Part shown: positions 21,183 through 31,634 of the stretch, one piece after another
Position numbering within the stretch: position 1 is the first letter of the stretch
Layout of the letters: every line of letters begins with the position of its first letter
DNA from: an uncultured Bacteroidota bacterium
GTDB taxonomy: Bacteria > Bacteroidota > Bacteroidia > Chitinophagales > Chitinophagaceae
Reading direction: 5' to 3'
DNA: 64,000 bases
Assembly: GCA_963830845.1 (NCBI GenBank)
Contig: CAWHOR010000053.1
Coordinates: forward strand, 4,108 to 68,107
The notes under the pieces: generated by a model
The model's database searches: none
The model's input: only the letters and a program-made list of their open reading frames with translations
Told to the model about the DNA's origin: nothing
Position numbers and translations under genes: made by a program

Positions 21183-24100
21183 ATGAGAAAACTTGTATCA
21201 CTGCTGTTTGTACTAATGGTGTCGGTATCGTCATTATTAGCGCAAACGAAAAAAGTAACAGGTAAAGTAACAGATGAAAATGGAAGTCCGGTTGCAAACG
21301 CATCCGTACTCGTAAAGGGTACCACAGTTGGTACTACTACTGGAGCTGATGGATCTTTTTCATTAGACGCACCCACCTCAGCAAGAACATTAGTAATTTC
21401 TTCATTGAATTTTACAGCAAAAGAAGTAGGTATTGGCAACGGAACTGTATCCGTTTCGCTGGTAGCTTCGGTAAATGAACTTGTAGAGGTAGTTGTTAGT
21501 GTTCCTTATGGTACAGTAAAAAAATCTACGTTTACCGGATCAGCCGGAACAATCACCGCATCAACAATCCAAAAACAGCAGGTAACTTCTGTAACAAGGA
21601 TGTTGGAAGGTTTGGTTCCGGGTTTGGCAACTACAAATGGTGGTGGTACACCGGGTGGTGGTACTGATATCCGTATCCGTGGCTTCGGATCAATTAATGC
21701 ATCTTCTTCACCACTTATTGTTTTAAACGGCATTCCGTATGATGGTTCAATTTCATCGATTTCTGCTGATGAAATTGAAACAGTAGACGTATTGAAGGAT
21801 GCGGCTGCAAGTAACCTTTATGGTTCACGTGCGGCAAATGGTGTAATTATGATTACCACCAAAAAAGGTAAAAAAGGTCCTGCTCAAATTCAGGCTTCAG
21901 TTCGTCATGGTATCTCTAAAAGAGGTATTCCTGAATATGATCGTGTAGGTGCACAGGATTATTATGAATTATTCTGGGAAGCGTACCGCAACTCTTATGT
22001 ATTTGGAAGTGGTCAATCATACGCAGCTGCTGGTACAAGTGCAACAAACGTATTAACAAGTGCATCAGGGCTTGTCTACAATGCATACAATGTTCCGGGC
22101 AATCAACTTGTTGATGCGACTACTGGTAAATTGAACCCAAGTGCACAGCTTTTGTGGAACGAATCATGGGCTGATGCGCTGTTTCAGGATGCTACCCGTA
22201 CAAATGTGAACGTGAATGTATCCGGCGCAAGTGACAAAACAAATTATTTTGTAAGCGGTGGCTACCTTAACGAAAAAGGTATCGCTAAATTTTCAGGCTA
22301 TAAGCGTTATAATTTCCGTGCCGACATTAACAGCGAAGTAAATAACTGGTTAAAAGTTGGCTTGAACATGGATGCCGCTTCTGATAAAAGAGAAGGATTA
22401 TTTGCCGGAGGTACTGCCACTTCAAATCCTTTCTTTTACAGTCGTCAAATGGGTCCTATTTATCCCGTTTATCAATACAGCGCCGCAGGTGCTCCTGTTT
22501 TGGGTGCAGATGGTAAACCTGCTTTGGATTGGGGTGTCCCTGCTCAAATGGGTGCCAGACCATATGCAGCCAACTCAAACCTTATTGGTTCATTGGCACT
22601 CGACAGACGTGAACAAAAAAGAATCAACGGCAACCTGAACACATATGCTGAAATCACTTTCCTGAAGGATTTTAGCTTCAAAACGTCGTTTGGCGTGAAC
22701 CTTTTTCAAAATGATGGGTTAACATATCAGAACAGTGAATTCGGCGATGCATCGAATGTTCGTGGCCGCTCAACTGTATCGTCTACACAAAACATTTCAA
22801 TGACTGGTAACCAGGTTTTAACATGGAACAAGCGTCTTGACAAGCACAATATCCGTGCACTGGTAGGACATGAGAACTATGAGTTCCGTACAAAATTTGT
22901 ATCTGCTACCAAAACCGGTTTCAGTTACCCGGGTCAGTATGCGTTAAATAATGCTGCAGTTGTAGAAGCTCCTCCAAGCAGCTCTGAAGATGTTCGCAGA
23001 ATTGAGAGCTATTTTGGAAGTGTGAACTACGATTTTGACGGTAAATACTTATTGTCTGCCTCCTTAAGAACAGATGGTTCTTCACGTTTTGCCCAAGACG
23101 TTAGATGGGGTACTTTCTATTCCGTTGGTCTTGGTTGGAGAATCAAACAGGAAGAGTTCATGAAAGATGTTGACTGGCTCAATGATTTGAAATTAAAAGC
23201 GAGCTATGGCGAATCTGGTAATGATGATATCGGTTTGTTCTATCAGTATGTTGATTACTATTATGCGGATGGATTTGGTAATTTTCAGGCTCCTGGAAGA
23301 ATTGCGAATCCTTCTTTGAAATGGGAAGGAAACGTTTCTACAAACGTAGGTGTTGACTTTGCGATGTTTAAAAGAAGGTTACAGGGTTCTGTTGAATATT
23401 TTACAAGAACATCGGATGATCTTTTGTTCTTAACACCTCTTGCACCTTCCGGTGGTTTTGCAAACGTTTGGCAAAACATTGGAGAGTCTAAAAACTATGG
23501 TGTTGAAATTCAGTTAGGTTACAACGTAATACAAAAAAAGGATTTTGACTGGAAAGTTGATTTCAACATCACCCATTTCAAAAATCAGATCACCAAACTA
23601 CCTCCAAAACAAAAAGAACTGGGAATCGTAACGGGCAATAAGAAATATGAAGAAGGTCGCTCTATTTATGATTTCTGGTTAAGAGAATTTGCTGGGGTTG
23701 ATCCTGCAACAGGGTTATCACTTTACTACAGAAATATTTTAGGTACAGATGGTAAACCAACAGGTGAGCGTGAACTTACATCAGATATCACCAGAGCTGA
23801 CTTTACTTACGTTGGCGCTACTTCAATTCCTGATTTCTATGGCGGTTTGTCAAACACCTTCCGTTACAAGGATTTCCAATTGTCGATTCTTACTACCTAT
23901 TCTTATGGTGGTCATTTTTATGATGCCAACTATCAAAGCATCATGCACTCAGGTGCAGCAGGTACAGCATGGCATACAGATATTAAGAATCGCTGGCAGA
24001 AGCCTGGTGATGTAACCAATGTTCCTCGTTTACAAAATGCAGGTGGGCAGGACGGAGCTTCATCAAGGTTTTTATTTGATGCATCGTATGTAAATCTCAA

Positions 24101-24305
24101 GAATATTACCTTTAGCTATAATTTAAGTTCAAGTCTTGCAAAGACTTTGCGCTTAAAAGATGCACAATTCTTTGTGAGTGTTGATAATGCTTATACTTTC
24201 ACAGCTAAGAGTGGTGGTGACCCTCAACAAGGCTTTGATGGTAACGTTGGTGCAGGTTACCCACCGTACAGAACAATTACGTTTGGTACAACAATCAAAT
24301 TATAA
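21183..24305 (+). CDS. SusC/RagA-family TonB-dependent transporter
   Basis: N-terminal CarboxypepD-like domain, plug 'DVLKDAAASNLYGSRAANGVIMITTKKG', RTDGSSRF, LKWE. Confidence 0.96.
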   Translation: MRKLVSLLFVLMVSVSSLLAQTKKVTGKVTDENGSPVANASVLVKGTTVGTTTGADGSFSLDAPTSARTLVISSLNFTAKEVGIGNGTVSVSLVASVNELVEVVVSVPYGTVKKSTFTGSAGTITASTIQKQQVTSVTRMLEGLVPGLATTNGGGTPGGGTDIRIRGFGSINASSSPLIVLNGIPYDGSISSISADEIETVDVLKDAAASNLYGSRAANGVIMITTKKGKKGPAQIQASVRHGISKRGIPEYDRVGAQDYYELFWEAYRNSYVFGSGQSYAAAGTSATNVLTSASGLVYNAYNVPGNQLVDATTGKLNPSAQLLWNESWADALFQDATRTNVNVNVSGASDKTNYFVSGGYLNEKGIAKFSGYKRYNFRADINSEVNNWLKVGLNMDAASDKREGLFAGGTATSNPFFYSRQMGPIYPVYQYSAAGAPVLGADGKPALDWGVPAQMGARPYAANSNLIGSLALDRREQKRINGNLNTYAEITFLKDFSFKTSFGVNLFQNDGLTYQNSEFGDASNVRGRSTVSSTQNISMTGNQVLTWNKRLDKHNIRALVGHENYEFRTKFVSATKTGFSYPGQYALNNAAVVEAPPSSSEDVRRIESYFGSVNYDFDGKYLLSASLRTDGSSRFAQDVRWGTFYSVGLGWRIKQEEFMKDVDWLNDLKLKASYGESGNDDIGLFYQYVDYYYADGFGNFQAPGRIANPSLKWEGNVSTNVGVDFAMFKRRLQGSVEYFTRTSDDLLFLTPLAPSGGFANVWQNIGESKNYGVEIQLGYNVIQKKDFDWKVDFNITHFKNQITKLPPKQKELGIVTGNKKYEEGRSIYDFWLREFAGVDPATGLSLYYRNILGTDGKPTGERELTSDITRADFTYVGATSIPDFYGGLSNTFRYKDFQLSILTTYSYGGHFYDANYQSIMHSGAAGTAWHTDIKNRWQKPGDVTNVPRLQNAGGQDGASSRFLFDASYVNLKNITFSYNLSSSLAKTLRLKDAQFFVSVDNAYTFTAKSGGDPQQGFDGNVGAGYPPYRTITFGTTIKL

Positions 24306-24323
24306 TCTAAAACACGAGAAATT

Positions 24324-25823
24324 ATGAAACAAGTACGCTTTTTAAACTTGCTACTATTAGCTTCAGCAACTATGCTGGCAGTTAGTTGTAAAAAGTCATA
24401 CCTGGATACGAAGCCGTCTGACGCCATTACTTTGGATCAGGCATACGCTTCTATCTCAGCTGTTAACTCTGCTATCAACAGTGGCTATCTGCAAACATTT
24501 GCTTTTGGTGGTGGTAATGGCAATGGCGGTCACGACAACTATGGACAAAAATCCATTGATCTTGCAAACGATTTGATGGGAAATGATATGATTGTACATA
24601 CCCAAGGTTATGGTTGGTATAATGGTGACTATAATTATACAGCCTGGACTTTGCCGAATGGTGTTGGTACACGTTCAGACCAAACATGGTCGTTTTATTA
24701 CAATGCGGTTATTAAAAATGCAAACCTTTTGCTTGATAATACAGCAAACCAAGCCGCTACTGCTGAGTTAGATGCTCTTCGCGGCGAAGCACTTGGTTTA
24801 AGAGCATGGGCATACCTGAATCTTATCAATAATTTCCAGCAGACATATAAAGGAAATGAGAATGCAAAAGGTGTACCCTTACACATCACCATTTCTCCGG
24901 AAGATCAAGGCAGAGGAACTGTTCAACAGGTGTATGATCAGATCATTGCAGATCTTACACAAGCTGAAACTTTATTAACAGGTAAACCAAGAGCTTCGAA
25001 AGAGCGTATTGACGTATCAGTTGTTCGTGGTTTCAGAGCTCGTGCTGCACTAGTGATGGAAAATTGGGCCGCGGCGGCTACTTATGCCAAGAGTGCACGT
25101 ACAGGTTACACATTAATGAGCAATACAGTTTATCAATCAAGAAGTGGCTTCTCCAGCATCAGCAATCCAGAATGGATGTGGGGTGCATTGATTCCTGCTG
25201 ATAAAGCAACCATATTTGCTTCGTTTTTCTCACACCTTGATGCAACCCAGTTTGGTTATGCGCAATTAGGCGGACAAAAGAAGATCACGAAAGCGCTATA
25301 TGATCAAATTCCTGCTACGGATATCCGCAAAAATGTTTTCAGAGCTCCGGGTACTGCAACAGCTATTTTACCGGATTATACACAAACCAAGTTTGCTGTA
25401 CCGGTTGTAGGTAGCTGGGCTGCTGATTATCTGTACATGCGTGCATCTGAAATGTACCTGATTGAAGCAGAAGCATTGGCAAGGCAAGGTGGTAAAGATG
25501 CAGAAGCACGTACTGTTCTGGAAGCAATGGTAGGTTTACGTAACCCGGGTTACAGTGCTGCCGCATTTTCTGGAGCTGCGTTGGTGAATGAAATTTTATT
25601 ACAACGTCGTATTGAATTATGGGGCGAAGGTTTCTCAATGTTTGATATCAAGAGAACCGGTGCTGGTTTAAACAGGCCAACCGGTGCGGGCAATCATGGG
25701 GCACCAAACTTTAACCCGATTGTTTATCAACTTTCAGCTGGTGCGGCTCAATTCCTGATGCGTATTCCAACAAGAGAGTTGGATAACAATTCGAAAATGA
25801 CTCCTGCAGACCAAAACCCTTAA
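24324..25823 (+). CDS. SusD/RagB-family lipoprotein
   Basis: Lipobox LAVSC, GEALGLRAWAY, MRASEMYLIEAEA, QRRIELWGEG. Confidence 0.95.
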   Translation: MKQVRFLNLLLLASATMLAVSCKKSYLDTKPSDAITLDQAYASISAVNSAINSGYLQTFAFGGGNGNGGHDNYGQKSIDLANDLMGNDMIVHTQGYGWYNGDYNYTAWTLPNGVGTRSDQTWSFYYNAVIKNANLLLDNTANQAATAELDALRGEALGLRAWAYLNLINNFQQTYKGNENAKGVPLHITISPEDQGRGTVQQVYDQIIADLTQAETLLTGKPRASKERIDVSVVRGFRARAALVMENWAAAATYAKSARTGYTLMSNTVYQSRSGFSSISNPEWMWGALIPADKATIFASFFSHLDATQFGYAQLGGQKKITKALYDQIPATDIRKNVFRAPGTATAILPDYTQTKFAVPVVGSWAADYLYMRASEMYLIEAEALARQGGKDAEARTVLEAMVGLRNPGYSAAAFSGAALVNEILLQRRIELWGEGFSMFDIKRTGAGLNRPTGAGNHGAPNFNPIVYQLSAGAAQFLMRIPTRELDNNSKMTPADQNP

Positions 25824-25841
25824 TTCAAAAAAACACAACTA

Positions 25842-26705
25842 ATGAATACAATTCGTATAAATAACATAGGTAGACAACTAATGCTGGCAGCAGCATTAGT
25901 TTCTGCTTTATTTTTCGCAGGCTGTGAAAAGAATAACTACTCTGTAGATAAGGATGCTCTGTTAGCTCCTACAGCCGCTCAATTTGTGCCGATCAACAGA
26001 ATATTACGTGTTGATTACTTTGTGAGAAATGGCGGACCAGCATTAAAAATTCCTGTTGGTATCACCAATGTTTCCAGCGAAGACCGTGTAATTAACCTTA
26101 CCTATACTTCCAGAAATGCGCAGCAAGGTGTTCAATACAATGCACCTACTACTGTTACCATTAAAGGCGGTGCATCTACAGACACGATCAACTTTCAGGG
26201 AATTTTTGCTGGTTACCCAACCGGCAGAAAAGACACCGTTAAAATTACGTTTGCAAACATGAAAGATGTAGAAAGAAGAGATTCTTTTGAAGTTGTTCTT
26301 CAAGCGTATTGCGACGTAGTTATTGGTAATTTGACAGGAAACTACACCCGCACCAGAGAATATAATAGTGCTGGTGCTTTACAGTATGGCCCTTATACTA
26401 CACAAATCAGAGATATTGTTTCAACCGGTGCTACCACAGCAGAAGGTTATGCGGTAAACCTGTATGACTATGGTTGGGATGATCTTAAATTTGTAATGAA
26501 TTGGGCAAACCCTGCTGCTTTTACCATTTCAGTTCCGTTACAAGCGACAAACGCACCTGGTAGCGGTGTTGATTTTGTAAGAAGCACTGCAGGTGCGGTC
26601 AACACGTTCTCATCGTGTGACAATACCTTTACAATTTCACTTGATCTGCTTGATGCCAACCAAGCAGTGCTTGCTACTGGTTATCAATTCAGGTTAGTAA
26701 GATAA
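25842..26705 (+). CDS. SusE-position surface lipoprotein (hypothetical)
   Basis: Lipobox FFAGC, beta-rich, directly after susD. Confidence 0.75.
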   Translation: MNTIRINNIGRQLMLAAALVSALFFAGCEKNNYSVDKDALLAPTAAQFVPINRILRVDYFVRNGGPALKIPVGITNVSSEDRVINLTYTSRNAQQGVQYNAPTTVTIKGGASTDTINFQGIFAGYPTGRKDTVKITFANMKDVERRDSFEVVLQAYCDVVIGNLTGNYTRTREYNSAGALQYGPYTTQIRDIVSTGATTAEGYAVNLYDYGWDDLKFVMNWANPAAFTISVPLQATNAPGSGVDFVRSTAGAVNTFSSCDNTFTISLDLLDANQAVLATGYQFRLVR

Positions 26706-26722
26706 CTAAGCATTTAATATTT

Positions 26723-26753
26723 AAAAAGCCCGGCAATATTGCCGGGCTTTTTT
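26723..26753 (+). terminator. Intrinsic terminator
   Basis: AAAAAGCCCGGCAAT-ATTGCCGGGCTTTTTT perfect inverted repeat. Confidence 0.85.
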
Positions 26754-27721
26754 GGGTTACAACTTCTGCAAAGTATTTCCTGTTGGCTTCCCATTAAAGT
26801 TCTAACTGACATTCTTATTTTGCCCTCGCTTTATAAATCTTTCTCATTTATTATTGAACTGAAAATCACCTGCGTGGTCGTTTTTCAGTTTCCCGGTAAA
26901 ATTTTCAAGTAAGATCGTTTGGGAAAGCAGCAATCAAAAAAATATTCTGTCTTATTCTTTGATTCTGTGTTGCTAAAGCTGTTAAATTTGAACGCTTATC
27001 ATCACGATGAACCGGCCATATAAGGAAACAGAAAGTTGACAGTACCTTTGAAAGCCCCTCCAACCCCGGATAGTATTATCATTTATAAACCTAAATTAAC
27101 ATGAGAAAAATTGCAATGATGTTGTCGCTGTTGCTGTGTTCCTACCACATCTTCGGGCAAGACAAAACGGTTACCGGCAAGGTAACTGACGAAAAAGACG
27201 GGTCTCCATTAGCAGGAGTATCTGTTACAGTAAAAGGTACCACAGTAGGTACTACAACAGGGGTAGACGGTTCATACCGTTTAAGTGTTCCATCAACAGC
27301 CAGGGTGCTGGTATTTTCATCTATCAACTTTGCAACACAAGAGGTTCCGATCGGAAACAAGTCGGAGTTTTCGATTGTGTTGATTTCAGATGAGCGCTCG
27401 CTTGCTGAAGTTGTTGTAGTAGGTTATGGTACTGTAAGGAAAAAAGATCTTACGGGTAGTGTTGCTACCATTGGTGGCGAAAAAGTAAGAGACATGCCAA
27501 TCCAGAGCTTTGATCAGGCACTCTCTGGCCGGGCTGCCGGTGTAAGCATTACCATTCCAAATGGTGTGGTAAACAATCCTCCGGTAATCAGGGTGCGTGG
27601 TGTAAACTCAATCAGTTTGAGTTCGTTCCCGTTAGTGGTAATTGATGGTATTCCTACCTTCTCAGATTCTGTGTTAAGAACCAAGTGATTTGAAATATAT
27701 ATTTTTGTGCTTTAGGCGGCT

Positions 27722-28774
27722 TTAGTCAGCCTGTTCAGGGAGCAGCATTTTGTTGCTCTCTGGTTTTTTAAGGTATTGTTTGTCATATTGTTTTTCTGTT
27801 TTATAAATAATGTAAATAAGTTCTAATAGTTTTCTTTGAACGGCTACAGCCGCTTTCATTTTTACTCCATGCTTAGATACTACCCTGGCAAAAACAGCTT
27901 TAAATCTTTCATCGTGCCTAATAGCCGCCAAAGCTGGTAAGTGCATTGATTTACGTAAAAACCTATTGCCTTTTTTTGATATTCTTGGTTTTCCGTTTAC
28001 AGACGTGCCAGATTGCTTTTCTTTTACATCCAACCCCGCATAGCTGGTCAGCTGCTTTTTGTTTTTTATTAACTCAAAGCCATTAGTTTCGGCCAGAACG
28101 GTTACAGCTGTTAATGCACCCACACCTGGTATGGAAGTGATGAATTCTACTTTTTGCTTCACAGTTTCGTTTTGTTTTACCAGTGATGCCAATTCAACTT
28201 TTATTTCCTGTTCCTGTTTGTCGAAAAGTGCAATTTGTTTCTTTACTCTGGCTATTGTGGATTTGTTCGGTTCTGCTTCCGATTGTTCTGCATGCAATTG
28301 ATTTTTTGCAATTGTACGGACCTGTACCAATTGGTCTCTTTCCCTGGTAAGCTGCCGTAGTCTTTTATACAACGGGTTGGCGGGCTTCCAGGTGTCTAAT
28401 TTTCTTTCTATTCCAAAACGGGCTATTGCTTCACTGGCTGTTTTATCTGTTACAGTTTTAACTTCCAGCGTCCGTACATAGTTGCTGATTTTATTAGGCA
28501 GTACAATACTTACCTCCAAACCCTGCTTCTGCAGATAGTAAGCCAATGATTCATGATATACACCAGTAGCTTCCATTACATACCTTACTGGTAGCCCGGT
28601 ATCTGATAACTTATTAACCCATTGAACAAAAGCATCAAAACCTTTTGCAGTATTGGCAAAAGTCTGGGATGCGAATAGTTGAGGAGTCCAGTCATCATAC
28701 ATTCTTCCTAAGCAAACAACTAATTCTTTTTTGGCTACATCAATTCCAGCAACCTGTTTTACAACTCTTTTCAT
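27722..28774 (-). CDS. IS110 family transposase/recombinase (DEDD RuvC + Transposase_20)
   Basis: AGIDVAK, VMEATGVYH, SIPGVG, YAGLDV..KQSGTS, RISKKGNRFLR, AVAVQRKL. Confidence 0.96.
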   Translation of the reverse strand: MKRVVKQVAGIDVAKKELVVCLGRMYDDWTPQLFASQTFANTAKGFDAFVQWVNKLSDTGLPVRYVMEATGVYHESLAYYLQKQGLEVSIVLPNKISNYVRTLEVKTVTDKTASEAIARFGIERKLDTWKPANPLYKRLRQLTRERDQLVQVRTIAKNQLHAEQSEAEPNKSTIARVKKQIALFDKQEQEIKVELASLVKQNETVKQKVEFITSIPGVGALTAVTVLAETNGFELIKNKKQLTSYAGLDVKEKQSGTSVNGKPRISKKGNRFLRKSMHLPALAAIRHDERFKAVFARVVSKHGVKMKAAVAVQRKLLELIYIIYKTEKQYDKQYLKKPESNKMLLPEQAD

Positions 28775-28789
28775 ACCATTGATTTTTAA

Positions 28790-29025
28790 ATGAAAAGTGA
28801 AAAATCTCCCTTCGTTTTGTCTCCTTCTTGGATATTCTGGATGCCCCGCCTTGCGGAGTTCCTTACATTCTGTTCAAACTCAAAGAGATAAAAAAAAGTG
28901 AGGCTATTGCTGAGAATCAAAATACTTTTAAAGTTATTTAGGCGATGTTGTGCTCTCACTCTTTTTCACTTTAATAAGTCAAATCTATTGGTAGATAAGC
29001 AGTATCTTATAAAACCTTTTGTATG
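28790..29025 (-). ncRNA. Predicted IS110 bridge RNA (target-binding and donor-binding loops)
   Basis: Minus-strand CAACATCGCCT and TTCTCAG match the target flanks; ACAGAAT and AGGAGA match the element ends; each pair is enclosed by a stem. Ends approximate. Confidence 0.8.
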
Positions 29026-31634
29026 CTTTACAAACATAGGAGGTGATGTTGGTAACGGCAATGCTGCCAACAATCCGTTGGGTGATATTAACCCGGCCGA
29101 TATTGAGAGTATTGATGTGTTAAAAGATGCCGCTGCTGCCGCCATTTATGGTTCAAGAGCCTCTGCGGGTGTTTTACTCATCACCACTAAAAAAGGAAAA
29201 CAAGGGCGTGCAAAAGTTAGCTATGATGCGTGGGTTGGTTTCACAAAACCGTTCAATTTAATTCCTGTTTTAAATGGCCGTGAATATGAATTGATCAAAA
29301 ATGAAGGTTTAACCAATGCTGGTACTCCGCCTAACGGAACCACAAGAGGTTTCTATCCTTATATCGGACCTGATGGCAATCCTGTAAGCACTGACTGGTA
29401 TGATGTGATCTACAGAACAGGTACTTCACAAAATCACAATGTGAGCATATCAGGTGCAAATGAGCGTACCAACTACTACTTCTCCGGCGCTTATACAAAG
29501 CAGGAAGGTATGATTAGAGCGAATGACTTTAGCCGTTTGAATGCTACCATGAGTCTCGATCATAAAGTAAACAACCGGATCACTTTAGGAACAAAATTTC
29601 AATACGCCAATTCAAAAAATGATGGTGTAAACTCAGGCTCTACGCCAGGTGGTGCTTTTGCAACCTCAGGTATTGGCCGTTTAGGTTTTAATTTGATGCC
29701 AAATGTTCCCGTATTCCTTAACAATGGCGATTATAACATCAATACTGTAAGTAACTCAATTGGTCAGGGTGCCAATCTTACCCCGTTGCAATTCACAAAT
29801 ATTCAGATGTTGTTAGATCTTAACACTTTTTCATCAACCAGCGACCGTGTTATTGCAAATATCTACGGGAATGTGAAAATTTTTGATGGCCTGAGTTTCA
29901 GAACAACGTTTGGTATCGATAACTTAACTGTAGTAAACAAAGCATTCCAGAATGCACGTCATGGAGATGGTGTTGCTAATGGAGGTTCTGTATTCAATAC
30001 GAATCAAACCTACAAAAGATGGAACTTATCGAATGTCTTGAACTACACAAAAAGCTTTGGCGACCACAGCATTACCGCATTAATAGGTAACGAACAACAA
30101 TCTACGTTTCAGGAAGGTTGGGGTGCTAACCGTCAAGGTGTAACCGATCCTTTTTATAATGAATTCCAGGGTGGTTTCAACACGATCGTTCCATCAGGTA
30201 ACTTTTTGGGCGAAAATTACTAGCTTCTTTCTTCGGTCGTGTGAACTACGATTTCCAGAAAAAATATCTCCTGTCATTAAATGGACGTCGGGATGGTTAT
30301 TCGGCATTTGCACCAGATAACAAATATGGTAATTTCTGGGGCGCTTCAGCAGGCTGGGTAGTGAGTGATGAGAATTTCTTTATGAATTCAGGCTTATCAA
30401 AAGTTTTCGAGCAATCTGAAACTAAGAGGTAGCTATGGCGTAGTAGGTAACAATCAGGGAATTGGAGATTTTGCTTACTGGAGCTTTTTCAGCAGTGGTT
30501 TATATGGCACAAACCCATCTTTGGTCTTCTCTCAGGCAGGGAATAGAAACCTGAAATGGGAAACCAGTCAGAAAACGGATATTGGTTTGGAAATGGGCTT
30601 CCTGAATAACCGTATCAATGTTGAGGCTACTTATTACATTAACAATGTAGACAACCTCATCTTGAATGAACCACAGGCTCCATCAAGAGGTATTCCCGGA
30701 AATTCTATTCTTCAGAATATTGGTAGCATGAAAAATCAGGGTATTGAATTCACGGTGAATGCAGCCGTTATTCAGAAAGCAAGGTTTTACATGGAATACC
30801 GGTTTTAATATTACAACTCTTAAAAATGAAGTAACTGCTTTAGCTGCCGGTGGTGCTGATATTCAGCCTGCCACTTCAGGTTTGGAGCGTCCGAGCATGA
30901 TCCGTGTGGGTGAATCAATTGGTAGTTTCTATGCTGTTCGCACAGGTGGTGTAAACCCTGCCAATGGTCAGCGTATATTCTACTACCGTGATGGTACTGC
31001 TGTACAATACAACCATGCTGCACCGGTTGCACAACGCTGGACATTGGTATCAACAGGTGCGGTTGCTCCACGTGTGGCTGATCAGGCAAATGATGGTGTG
31101 ATCATTGGACCAGCTTTACCAAAATGGTCTGGTGGCTGGGACAATACATTCCGTTACAGCAATTTTGACTTGAACATGCTGTTCTTCTTCTCCGGTGGTA
31201 ACTATGTGTACAATGGTTCAAAATCCGGTTTACGTGATATGCGTAGCTGGAACAATTCAAAAGAAGCATTAACACGCTGGACAAAAGCAGGCGATGTGAC
31301 TGAATATTCCACGGATCGTATTTGGTGATAATATCTCCAATGGTTCGGGTGTAGTAATCAGCGAAAACGTTGAAAAAGGTGATTTCCTGAAACTACGTAC
31401 AGTTACATTAGGCTATTCATTACCAAAAACAATTGTACAAAAAATCGGCATCAACAATATCCGTTTTTATGGCCAGATCATGAATGCCTTTACGTTAACG
31501 AAATACACAGGATATGATCCTGAAATTTCTTCCAACGGTAACGGTAACGGTAACCCAAGCGTAGACCGTAACTCAGTACCACAGGCAAGAAGCTTTAATA
31601 TTGGTGTTAACGTAGGATTTTAATCAACTAAAAA

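Larger units (their letters stand above)
27666..29042 (-). mobile_element. IS110-family insertion sequence (IS621-like), 1377 bp including one CT core
   Basis: AG (CT on minus) at 27664-27665 and 29041-29042; no terminal inverted repeats or long TSD; removal restores the susC frame. Confidence 0.93.
27101..31623 (+). pseudogene. Second SusC/RagA transporter, interrupted by IS110 and carrying 4 further frameshifts (~30220, 30410, 30780, 31305)
   Basis: N-part ends IDGIPTFS at 27664 and resumes GDVGNGNAANNPLGDINPADIESIDVLKDAAA after 29042, in frame once the IS is removed; ends ...GVNVGF* at 31623. Confidence 0.9.

Noticed and set aside
29038-29039. Alternative AG core giving target ...TCA GGA GGT GAT
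   Set aside because: Also in frame, but the guide matches (CAACATCGCCT and AGGAGA) only fit the core at 29041-29042.
28898-29040. N-terminal 48 codons of ORF 28898-30223
   Set aside because: Lies in the IS110 non-coding end (antisense to the bridge RNA); the real susC sequence resumes at 29043.
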